DNA of 64,000 nt from Candidatus Omnitrophota bacterium (GTDB taxonomy: Bacteria > Omnitrophota > Gorgyraeia > Zapsychrales > Fredricksoniimonadaceae), in contig JADFYI010000004.1 of NCBI GenBank assembly GCA_015233145.1, positions 68,821 through 132,820 of the forward strand, read 5' to 3'. The notes under the pieces were generated by a model. It was not told where the DNA came from. It ran no database searches and saw only the letters and a list, made by a program, of their open reading frames with translations. Position numbers and translations under genes: made by a program. Position 1 is the stretch's first letter. Each line of letters begins with the position of its first letter. Of this stretch, positions 9,904 through 18,884 are shown one piece after another.

Positions 9904-9928
9904 TTAATTGTTCAAACTATGAACAATT
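9904..9928. promoter_or_regulatory. operator-like perfect dyad TAATTGTTCA-N5-TGAACAATTA overlapping the -10 box
   Basis: 10-bp arms at 9904-9913 and 9919-9928 are exact reverse complements. The right arm shares 4 nt with the -10 hexamer. Confidence 0.5.
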
Positions 9929-9952
9929 ATAGTCATAACCCCTTATATGTCA
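9925..9952 (-). promoter_or_regulatory. sigma70-type promoter, perfect TTGACA-N16-TATAAT
   Basis: The minus strand reads TTGACA (rc of 9947-9952), then tataaggggttatgac, then TATAAT (rc of 9925-9930). It lies about 70 nt upstream of the wHTH start at 9856. Confidence 0.6.
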
Positions 9953-10006
9953 ATGAAAAGAATACGGTTAAATTCGAGAAAGACTTAAGAAAACTAGAGG
10001 GAAAAA

Positions 10007-10882
10007 TCAGGGGTAGGCCAACGCTTTAATAATAGTCTTAACTGGCTCTGCCTTATTAAGTGTATACAGATGCAATCCTGGAGCGCCGCCTTTTAAAAGT
10101 TCGCGGCACTGGCGAATAGCCCATTGGGTGCCGGCTTCAAGAGTTTTTTCTTTATCATCACGAATGGGCTTAAAAATGTCATGAATCTTTTGAGGGACTG
10201 ACGCACCGCAGCCTTTACAAAAATTGACCGCACCCTCGTAATTCGTAATAGGAAGAACCCCGGGGATCACGCGAACGCTCACCCCCTGGCTTTTGAGACG
10301 CTTAACATAATCAAAATAATCTTTATTATCAAAAAAAAGCTGGGTCACCACGAACTCGCCGCCGGCATCAATCTTTTTCTTAAGGATTTGCGCATCAAAC
10401 TCACGGCTCGTGGCTAAAGGGTGGCCTTCAGGAAAACCCGCAACGCCAATAGCAAAAAAATCCCCATAGTTCTCACGAATAAACTGCACCAATTCACAGC
10501 TGTATTGAAAATTCTCAAGCCCCGGTTTCCAGTCTGGCCTGTCTTTGGGCGGGTCTCCCCGCAAGGCCAGGATATTACAGATGCCAAGGCCCTTAATTTT
10601 ATCGAGAATAACCTTGATCTCGTTTTTGGTATGAATAACGCAGGTAAAATGATGCATGGCCGTAAGCCCGTACTTCTCACCGACCAGGCGGACAAGCCCA
10701 AGCGTGGTGTCGCGGTTAGATCCGCCAGCGCCGTAAGTGACAGACACAAAGTCAGGCTTAAGAAGCGCCAGTTCATCGAGTGCGCCGCCCAAAGATTCCA
10801 TGCCTTTTTCGGTCTTGGGCGGAAAAATCTCGAAGGAGATGGTGGTTTTTTGAGACTTGAATATTTCGGTCAGTTTCTTCAT
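10007..10882 (-). CDS. metF: 5,10-methylenetetrahydrofolate reductase
   Basis: 291 aa. ISFEIFPPKT, VSVTYGAGGS and ILALRGDPP are canonical MetF blocks. Confidence 0.9.
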   Translation of the reverse strand: MKKLTEIFKSQKTTISFEIFPPKTEKGMESLGGALDELALLKPDFVSVTYGAGGSNRDTTLGLVRLVGEKYGLTAMHHFTCVIHTKNEIKVILDKIKGLGICNILALRGDPPKDRPDWKPGLENFQYSCELVQFIRENYGDFFAIGVAGFPEGHPLATSREFDAQILKKKIDAGGEFVVTQLFFDNKDYFDYVKRLKSQGVSVRVIPGVLPITNYEGAVNFCKGCGASVPQKIHDIFKPIRDDKEKTLEAGTQWAIRQCRELLKGGAPGLHLYTLNKAEPVKTIIKALAYP

Positions 10883-10891
10883 AGCGCTTAA

Positions 10892-10918
10892 ATTATATTA
10901 TAACCCCTAATATGGCAA
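10892..10918 (-). promoter_or_regulatory. promoter-like TTGCCA-N15-TATAAT immediately upstream of metF
   Basis: The minus strand reads TTGCCAtattaggggttataaTATAAT. The -10 box ends 9 nt before the metF ATG. About 24 of 30 positions match the 9925-9955 promoter block. Confidence 0.4.
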
Positions 10919-11995
10919 TAGAGAACGTTTAGCTGAAAAACAAGAAAAACGCCCGCCAATCTTTTCCCAATAATCCGGCAATACTAACGACAGGCCTAAA
11001 AAAAAGAGTGGAAAAATTAAATGATAATATAGATATTGCCGACCATCAAAGAAAAAGCCGCTCCTAAGCATCACATAGTTAGCTAATGGTGAAAAAATAT
11101 AGAGCAACAACATAGCTCCAAAAACAACAGAACCCGTGGGGTATCTAGCTGAAAATACCATTAAAACTATCCCTGCCACAGAAAAAATTGAAACAAACCA
11201 TTGCGATTCCCAAAAAGTAAAGAAAGCCGTAACATAGCCCTGATAGGCTTCCGGCCGGTCACAATAGCCCATTTTGCTCCTTATTGAGTAAAAAAGAGTG
11301 ACCAACACTGGTAAGGCAAACTTTTTTATTACACCTATTAATGCCCTTTTCGAGTCCTTTCTTTTCAAAAAGCTAAAAAGAACAAAGCTCAATGCCAGCA
11401 TAAGCAACTGAAAAAGAGCGCCGCTGCTTGTCATGGCTAAAAATAAAGCCAGAAAGAATGCCCCCCAGAAAGATTCCGGGAAAAGAAATACCAGGGCCGC
11501 CAAAGAAAACCAAAGCGAGTTCCATAGCGCATAGGGGCGCATTTCAGCGGAGAAATAAATATTACTCGGCCAAAAATAATACAAAATCAAAGCGGCAGAC
11601 AGACACAAGACCTGGAAAAAATAGACCGGATTCTTACCCGCTTCAGAATAAATCCTTCTTAAATATAAGAAAATAACAAAAAGGCCTGAAACAAAATTCC
11701 AAAAAATAGGATTTAACCGATAATAAACATTTTCCGGAATCCATCTCAAAAGCGAACTCTTTCGCATTTGATCAAACGTTTTAATAAAAATATAATCCAG
11801 CGGAGCCCTGCTTCCCTGGCTTATCACGCCAGACAGAAGCAAACTTGAAAAACTTTGAACTTGTGTTTTTCCAAGCCCCGTCATCTCATCCAGCCAAAGA
11901 TCCTTAACAAAAGACTTCTTGACCGCCATAAACAAAAATAATACCGCAATCCCCGTAAAAACAATAACTCCCAAAACCGTGATGGCCTTCTTCAT
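10907..11995 (-). CDS. polytopic membrane protein, possible GT-C-type glycosyltransferase or polymerase
   Basis: About 10 hydrophobic segments. First periplasmic-loop candidate is LWLDEMTG (acidic DE motif as in GT-C enzymes). ATG 11995 has a GGGAG Shine-Dalgarno 6 nt upstream; alternative ATG at 12034. Confidence 0.35.
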   Translation of the reverse strand: MKKAITVLGVIVFTGIAVLFLFMAVKKSFVKDLWLDEMTGLGKTQVQSFSSLLLSGVISQGSRAPLDYIFIKTFDQMRKSSLLRWIPENVYYRLNPIFWNFVSGLFVIFLYLRRIYSEAGKNPVYFFQVLCLSAALILYYFWPSNIYFSAEMRPYALWNSLWFSLAALVFLFPESFWGAFFLALFLAMTSSGALFQLLMLALSFVLFSFLKRKDSKRALIGVIKKFALPVLVTLFYSIRSKMGYCDRPEAYQGYVTAFFTFWESQWFVSIFSVAGIVLMVFSARYPTGSVVFGAMLLLYIFSPLANYVMLRSGFFFDGRQYLYYHLIFPLFFLGLSLVLPDYWEKIGGRFSCFSAKRSLLPY

Positions 11996-12070
11996 GACAA
12001 CTCCCGTGAATACAGATAAAAAAAGCGCCCTCATAAAATGAAAGCGCTCCTTTTATTTTTCAAGGATTCT

Positions 12071-12131
12071 TAAAAAGCAACTCCTCAGCCCCTGACGGCC
12101 TGTTCGCGGCCATCAAAGTCTGAGGAGTTGC
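12071..12131 (-). terminator. rho-independent terminator downstream of gap
   Basis: 12-bp outer stem GCAACTCCTCAG/CTGAGGAGTTGC (12077-12088 and 12120-12131), an inner GACGGCC/GGCCATC stem, and a minus-strand TTTTTA tract (12071-12076). Confidence 0.55.
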
Positions 12132-12136
12132 AACAT

Positions 12137-13225
<1,089 letters not shown>

Positions 13226-13307
13226 TTATGGATTACTAAAATCTGGATCAACAATCCCGTCAAATCCCTTCATAGGGTCATCCGGGAAAAATCCCAAGTT
13301 AGGAGGG

Positions 13308-13335
13308 ATTATAGCAAAAAAGAGAATTTGGGCAA
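13308..13335 (-). promoter_or_regulatory. candidate gap promoter TTGCCC-N16-TATAAT
   Basis: The rc of 13330-13335 is TTGCCC and the rc of 13308-13313 is TATAAT. It lies about 110 nt upstream of the gap ATG, which has a GGGAGG Shine-Dalgarno. Confidence 0.4.
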
Positions 13336-13347
13336 ACAAAAACAAAG

Positions 13348-14799
13348 TCAATTCGCTTTTGTCCTCCAGACGCGCTCATCAGAATAAACAATGCCGTTGG
13401 GTTCCAAAGGATCCATGATCAAGGCATAGTTGGCTGCAATCTCAGGACGAAATGGCCTTGTGGCCATATAAAGGCAGTTGTGCTGGATGTGGGGCTCAAT
13501 GCCAGGGGTGTTATTTTTGTAAATATAAGGGAACGACAAACGTGTGGTATTCCAGGAAAGTCCACCCCCCAAAAGAATGACAACCCCTTGATCATTCATG
13601 ATGTCCTTGAGGCGGCCGAAAAATTCTGTCGTGAAAAACCCGATTTGATACGGGTCTTGCAGGCTGTGGTCGAGGGCAATCACATCATACTTCTCATGGG
13701 TAAAACGCGCGTAACCGCGAAAGTCATCCACAATAATATGCGCGCGCGGGTCATTCATGACTTTGGCATATTCTTTGGGAAAAAACTTCTTTCCTGCCTC
13801 CACCACAGGCCCGCAGTTTTCAATAATATCCAGCCGCTCAAGATTGGGCCAGCTTAAATAGGCCTCTGCGGTTACGCCGCTGGCATAGCCCATCAAAAGC
13901 ACTTTGGCCTTGTGCCCCACAATGGCAAGGCTGGTGGCAGCCCACTGCTCGTGGATATGGCGGTCCACCGGAAGGTTGTAAGCCTGGTGCACGTTATTGA
14001 TCTTGATATCAATGGCAGGCTCTGACATCTTATAAACGGTTTGGCCGAACCCGATGCGGTCACTGTTTTTTTTGGCGCGGTCTTCCGTCATCTGCCAGAC
14101 TTCCACAATGCCAAACTGGCTGTCTTTGCTGAACAAAAGCCCCCGCGACGGGAAAAGCATTTGCACAGGGTCATAAAAAACAACGCCCACTGCGGATAAG
14201 GCCAAACACACGGTCAAAATCCGGCGTAAAAGGTTTTCCCTCGCAATAAGCCAGCCCGCCAGCGCGGCGCACACAAGCGCGGTCATATAGGCCGAGCGCA
14301 TGCCCCACAAGGGAACCAAAACCAGGCCTTGCAAAATCCCGCCGATAACACTGCCGAGCGTGCTTATGCCATACACCCAGACAATCAGCCGCTCTCCGCG
14401 CTCATGGAGCACTTTGACAATAAAGGCATAGCCCAACCCTGAAAGAAACGCGGGAAAAAAGACTGTCACAAGAAAATATGCCATCACGACTTTGGGATGG
14501 TGGCAGTGGTAGATAAAAAATTTCTTGGTGAAAAAAAATCCAATAATGTAGATGATGCTCACAATCTGAAGGGCTGCAAACTGCTCTTTGGCCTCTCGGG
14601 GTGAGTATTTAAACTTCCGCCATGTCCCGGCGTAAGACCCGGTAGCCAAACCCACCAGAAAAACTGAAATAATGAGCGCGTTCGACGTGGCGGTTGAGCC
14701 GAAAATATACACAAACTCCCGCAATAACGATAATTCCAAAAGAAGCGAAACAACGCCTGCAAAAAACACGGCTGCAAATATGCTCACTATTCCTGGCAT
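13348..14799 (-). CDS. fused polytopic membrane / spermidine synthase-like (aminopropyltransferase fold) protein
   Basis: N-terminal about 220 aa hydrophobic. C-terminal LLMGYASGVTA...IVDDFRGY...YDVIALD is the class I MTase/spermidine synthase fold. ATG 14799 has a GGAGGA Shine-Dalgarno 6 nt upstream (the ORF track start 14811 is an alternative). Confidence 0.65.
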   Translation of the reverse strand: MPGIVSIFAAVFFAGVVSLLLELSLLREFVYIFGSTATSNALIISVFLVGLATGSYAGTWRKFKYSPREAKEQFAALQIVSIIYIIGFFFTKKFFIYHCHHPKVVMAYFLVTVFFPAFLSGLGYAFIVKVLHERGERLIVWVYGISTLGSVIGGILQGLVLVPLWGMRSAYMTALVCAALAGWLIARENLLRRILTVCLALSAVGVVFYDPVQMLFPSRGLLFSKDSQFGIVEVWQMTEDRAKKNSDRIGFGQTVYKMSEPAIDIKINNVHQAYNLPVDRHIHEQWAATSLAIVGHKAKVLLMGYASGVTAEAYLSWPNLERLDIIENCGPVVEAGKKFFPKEYAKVMNDPRAHIIVDDFRGYARFTHEKYDVIALDHSLQDPYQIGFFTTEFFGRLKDIMNDQGVVILLGGGLSWNTTRLSFPYIYKNNTPGIEPHIQHNCLYMATRPFRPEIAANYALIMDPLEPNGIVYSDERVWRTKAN

Positions 14800-14824
14800 T
14801 ATTTCCTCCATCTATCCGTTTACA

Positions 14825-14952
14825 GAGCCGTTGGGGGCATGTCACAAAGCGAGTTCCGCAGTGAGCCGCTCCACAAATAATCAAAATTTATAATTCCAAA
14901 CTTGGCGGTAAAACGAGGACTGTCCGAGCGACTGACATGCACCCAATGGCTC
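14825..14952. repeat. 128-bp element bounded by 20-bp imperfect inverted repeats
   Basis: GAGCCGTTGGGGGCATGTCA (14825-14844) pairs with TGACATGCACCCAATGGCTC (14933-14952): 18 Watson-Crick pairs, one G-T and one mismatch. The 88-bp interior has an AT-rich centre. Confidence 0.6.
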
Positions 14953-14966
14953 ATCTCATCGGATTC

Positions 14967-16085
14967 CTACTTCACCACCCACTTAAACCCAAAAGCGCCG
15001 TCTCTTGTAATAATATTCAAGCGGCTGGACAATTGTGTCTGATCATACGCGCACCGCGACACGTCCAACGTGTAGTTGTCAAAACTTCGATCCAAAGGAG
15101 CAACCGTTAAATGATAATAAGTACTGTGCTTGCCATGAGAAATGTATTTATTAATCACAATAGATTCATGCGTTTTCGCCTTGGAAATATCCCCCGTGCC
15201 ATTAAGCACTACGCCCCCGCTCCACCCGCACAAAATAAACCCGACGCCGGCAGTCAACCCTGCTATTAAAAGCGTTTTTGCTGACGTGGAATGCCCTTTA
15301 AGCTGCTGAAACGCAAAAAAAGCAAACAAGCCAAAAAAAGGAACGCTGAAATTCAAAGATACTGCGAAAAGTTTTCCTTTATCAATCGGCTCAAAAGCGG
15401 CAACGCCCCAAATCAACAACACCACGCCGAAAACCAGGCTCGCTATCCCGATTCCGGTAAACAAACCTTCTGACATTTTCCAATCATCCGTCGCAGGCGT
15501 TGCCGACCTTTCCCCAGGCGCTGGAAGCGGTATCTGGTCAGCAATAAAACAAAGTTTTTCTGCGGCCTGCCTGATTTCTTCGGAATCAATGCCGGAAAGG
15601 CTTTCACAGGGTGTTTTTGTCAGAGTAACGCTGCTGCCATTGATCTCAAGCCTGGTAAAATTACGCAAAAGCCCGACCAAAAAAACCTTTGTATCAGAAG
15701 AGCTGAAAAAACGGCTCACAAAACCCTGGTCTTCACACTCGATATACAGTTCATCATCAACAGGCGGATCGTACAACTGGATTTCCTGATTAACACCTGC
15801 AGATTTAACCGCTTTATCTGCGGATGTTTCGTGGTGAAACGCGGCATGGGCAAAAAAATTCCCTTTGAGGGAAAGCCTTAAGAGTGAGGGGGAATTCCTG
15901 CTGCTCTCCTGATAATAAAACCCGACGTCACGACCGTTGACATTAATGACGCCGCCGCCAAGCCCAGTGCTTCTGCCTCCGCATGAATTAAGGACCCCCT
16001 TGACCTGAGCCATGCGCTTCCAAAACATGAAGATTACAATGCCGTTGATGACCAGAAATATAAAAATTGGAATAGCCGGCAGCAT
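14967..16085 (-). CDS. hypothetical membrane protein (1 N-terminal TM, 4 central TM, soluble C-terminal domain)
   Basis: 372-aa ORF with an ATG start and no family I recognise. Hydrophobic stretches at aa 3-22 and about 205-300. Confidence 0.5.
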   Translation of the reverse strand: MLPAIPIFIFLVINGIVIFMFWKRMAQVKGVLNSCGGRSTGLGGGVINVNGRDVGFYYQESSRNSPSLLRLSLKGNFFAHAAFHHETSADKAVKSAGVNQEIQLYDPPVDDELYIECEDQGFVSRFFSSSDTKVFLVGLLRNFTRLEINGSSVTLTKTPCESLSGIDSEEIRQAAEKLCFIADQIPLPAPGERSATPATDDWKMSEGLFTGIGIASLVFGVVLLIWGVAAFEPIDKGKLFAVSLNFSVPFFGLFAFFAFQQLKGHSTSAKTLLIAGLTAGVGFILCGWSGGVVLNGTGDISKAKTHESIVINKYISHGKHSTYYHLTVAPLDRSFDNYTLDVSRCAYDQTQLSSRLNIITRDGAFGFKWVVK

Positions 16086-16118
16086 AAATATGCACCCCTT
16101 TTTGTCAGTCTCCGGGCA

Positions 16119-17048
16119 TCACCCCAGAACTTCTCCAACAGCCAATTTATGCCCGGCGAGAAAACTGCGGGCATCCATGGGCTTGGAAGACGCCGGATGA
16201 ACTCTGCGGACAAGAACCGCGCGGTCAGCGGCCTGGACATAAAAACCATCCTTATGAAGCTCCACAATCTCACCGGGCTTACCCCTAAGCGAGGCGTCCG
16301 AAGAAATTGCATCCAGAATCTTAAGACGATTGCCGCGCCAGAAGGTAAAGGCCCCTGGCCAGGGCTGGACTCCGCGGACAAGGTCATGAATGCGTTTGGC
16401 AGAAAGATCCCAATGGATGTGCCCTAAATCTTTGTGCATTTTAGGGGCCCGGGTGGCCAAAGCATCATTTTGCTTCTCAAACGTAAAATCTCCTGCTTTG
16501 ATTTTAGAAACAACGTCGGGAAGGAGCTCAGCGCTCATCTGAGCTAATTTGTTACGCAGCTCAAACGATGTCGTATTTTCAAGAATAGGGCATGTGGCGC
16601 ACCCCACAATGTCTCCGCCGTCCATAGCAGAGTTCATCTTAATAAAAGTAATACCGGTTTCGATTTCGCCATTAATAACCGCCCAATTGATGGGCGCTGC
16701 CCCGCGATATTTGGGAAGAAGCGAGCCGTGGACATTCAAACAAAATGTTTTCGGGATGGTCAAAACATTGTCAGGAAAAAACTGCCCATAGGCAATCACC
16801 ACAAACACATCGGCGTTAAAGGAGCGCAATTTTTCCACAACAACAGCTTCTTTTAAATTCGCGGGCTGGAACACTTCAATCCCGTGGTTTAGCGCCACCT
16901 GCTTGGTGTCAGAATACACCACATGCATGCCGCGGCCTTTGGGTTTGTCGGGCTGAGTTACCAACCCTAAAAGCTTGTGGCCGGAATGAATAAGCCGGTG
17001 AAAACTGATTGCCGCAAAATCATCGCAGCCAAAAAATAAAATCCGCAT
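16119..17048 (-). CDS. fmt: methionyl-tRNA formyltransferase
   Basis: 309 aa. MRILFFG, HGSLLPKYRGAAPINWAVI (SLLP motif), plus the C-terminal Fmt domain. Confidence 0.9.
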   Translation of the reverse strand: MRILFFGCDDFAAISFHRLIHSGHKLLGLVTQPDKPKGRGMHVVYSDTKQVALNHGIEVFQPANLKEAVVVEKLRSFNADVFVVIAYGQFFPDNVLTIPKTFCLNVHGSLLPKYRGAAPINWAVINGEIETGITFIKMNSAMDGGDIVGCATCPILENTTSFELRNKLAQMSAELLPDVVSKIKAGDFTFEKQNDALATRAPKMHKDLGHIHWDLSAKRIHDLVRGVQPWPGAFTFWRGNRLKILDAISSDASLRGKPGEIVELHKDGFYVQAADRAVLVRRVHPASSKPMDARSFLAGHKLAVGEVLG

Positions 17049-17084
17049 AACCTAATCCCAATCCCCCATTATTTGACAAATCAT

Positions 17085-17129
17085 CAACAAAACCCACCCA
17101 ACCGCGCAGGTCCGACCTGCGCGGTTGGG
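17085..17129 (-). terminator. rho-independent terminator downstream of the PriA-like gene
   Basis: Perfect 15-bp GC-rich stem CCCAACCGCGCAGGT/ACCTGCGCGGTTGGG (17097-17111 and 17115-17129) with a 3-nt loop. The minus strand continues TGGGTTTTGTTG. Confidence 0.55.
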
Positions 17130-17139
17130 CGAAGCCGGC

Positions 17140-18807
17140 TCATGGATTGACGTTCACTGTTAATACGATGTCTTTTTTCCGCCGAAAATTGCGCTGGGTG
17201 TCTTTTACCAGCGCCATGACCGACTTTAAAGATTCCCCCCGCACCATAACACAATAACGGAACTTGCCCCGCACAATCGCTGCGCGGTCCTGCTGGGGCT
17301 CAAAAATTTCAACGCCCTTCACTGCCGCGGAACTTAATTTATCATACAGTAATTTGGCCTCCCCGCAAGCCAATTGCGGGTCGGATGAACGCACCACCAC
17401 CGCCGCAAAATACGCGTAAGGGGGAAACCCCATTTCCTTGCGCGACGAAAGTTCCCTGGCGTAAAAACCGGAGGTATCATCATGGGCCATAAGCGGCAAA
17501 AGTTCCTGCGCCATATTTCTCGTTTGCAAAAGCACGCACTCCTCGGACATCTGGCGCAAATACCGGACAAGAAGAAAAGCGCCGTGGGAAGCCCTGTAAT
17601 CCGCCTTATGAAATTCCCAGTCAATATCCAAGACAACAGATAACGCAAAGCGTAAATTCTCCCGATGGCGAAACACGGCCTGGGTCGTGACCAGAATATC
17701 AAAATTATCCTTTAATCCCGACGATGCCTTGTCATACCCCAAAACCCTTGCCCCCCACAGAGACGAACGGATCTCTTCCACAACGCTTTCCGTGCCCCGG
17801 CTGGCCTGGATATATAAACAGGCCTTTTTGCCTTCCTTGACCACCCGCTCCAAATGCTGGCGCAGGGGCTGGGATAAAAATGTACCTTTGCGCATTTTAA
17901 AATTCGTAAGGTCTAGGAATTTTACCGGCGAAAGGCTTTCTTTCAGCTCTGTTAAAACCACCTTACGATCAGCCACCAATTTTCGCGCTTCAATGGATGG
18001 GGCTGAACTGACATAAAGGATATCCGCACCTTCCACAACTGCTCGAAGAAAAACAGCCTCACGTGCATGATAAAACGGCGACTGGTCGTGTTTATAAGAC
18101 GCGCTCTCCTCATCCAGCACAACCAAAAGCCCCAATTTCTTGACTGGCGCAAATGCAGCTGAAATAAACCCCAGCGCAACGCGTGCCCTGCCTGACCAAA
18201 GGATTTTCCAGCGCTCAAACTCCTCCTTATCAGTCCCCTGAGATAGAAAAACAACATCCTCACCGGAGATTTTCCTGAGCCTTAAGGAAACGCCCTCAAC
18301 ATACGAACCGTCCGGCACAAGACAGATAACCCCCTCACCTCTTTGAAGCGTTTCTTGGATACGCTGAGATAGAATATCCCAGCGTTGCGTAAGGCCATGG
18401 TCGAAAAGCAGGGTAAAAACGCCTTTTTTAACCGGCCGCGCCGCCTCTTTCACAGCCCCATCCGCAGGCCCGGCAAATTTCTTGGGCGCTCGTAAATAAG
18501 ACGGCAAGAAAAGGGTTAACGCATCTCCTAAAGAACAACCGAAACGCAACGCGAAAATCTCTGCAAATTTTAGAAATAAAGGAGGGAAGACAGGCTCTTC
18601 GTCTAAAAGGGCGAGAACATTGTTAAGCTTGAGGATAGCGCTCTTCTCTGCAAAACCTACTACAATCCCGACGCATTTACGGCGGCGAAAAGACACAAGT
18701 ACCCGCATGCCGAGCGCGATATCCGCGCGATACTCCTCGGGCACACAATAATCAAAAGCCCCTTCAACAGGGGCATTGACCACGATATGGGCAATATTCT
18801 TTATCAT
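17140..18807 (-). CDS. PriA-like protein with degenerate helicase motifs and no Cys-rich zinc region
   Basis: From M27 (IKNIAHIVVNAPVEGAFDYCVP) it is collinear with E. coli PriA as I recall it. The Walker A position reads FDHGLTQRW (nt 18379-18405), Walker B reads DEES, and no CxxC clusters are present. Alternative starts at 18879 and 18885. Confidence 0.65.
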   Translation of the reverse strand: MIKNIAHIVVNAPVEGAFDYCVPEEYRADIALGMRVLVSFRRRKCVGIVVGFAEKSAILKLNNVLALLDEEPVFPPLFLKFAEIFALRFGCSLGDALTLFLPSYLRAPKKFAGPADGAVKEAARPVKKGVFTLLFDHGLTQRWDILSQRIQETLQRGEGVICLVPDGSYVEGVSLRLRKISGEDVVFLSQGTDKEEFERWKILWSGRARVALGFISAAFAPVKKLGLLVVLDEESASYKHDQSPFYHAREAVFLRAVVEGADILYVSSAPSIEARKLVADRKVVLTELKESLSPVKFLDLTNFKMRKGTFLSQPLRQHLERVVKEGKKACLYIQASRGTESVVEEIRSSLWGARVLGYDKASSGLKDNFDILVTTQAVFRHRENLRFALSVVLDIDWEFHKADYRASHGAFLLVRYLRQMSEECVLLQTRNMAQELLPLMAHDDTSGFYARELSSRKEMGFPPYAYFAAVVVRSSDPQLACGEAKLLYDKLSSAAVKGVEIFEPQQDRAAIVRGKFRYCVMVRGESLKSVMALVKDTQRNFRRKKDIVLTVNVNP

Positions 18808-18831
18808 ATAAAAAGACTGCTCCGCGCATCC

Positions 18832-18851
18832 GGGCGCCATAAATGGCGCCC
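18832..18851. promoter_or_regulatory. perfect 20-bp palindrome GGGCGCCATAAATGGCGCCC
   Basis: Arms 18832-18840 and 18843-18851 are exact reverse complements. It sits in the 77-nt gap before the PriA-like start. A second dyad, GGAAGA-aa-TCTTCC, lies at 18863-18876. Confidence 0.4.
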
Positions 18852-18884
18852 CTACGCTTATAGGAAGAAATCTTCCCATGCACA

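Noticed and set aside
13285-13311. The AATCCC-N9-GGGATT hairpin plus T-run as a terminator for the 13348 gene.
   Set aside because: The stem is only 6 bp and AT-rich, and it overlaps the candidate gap -10 box. I treated it as part of the hexamer-repeat and promoter observation instead.
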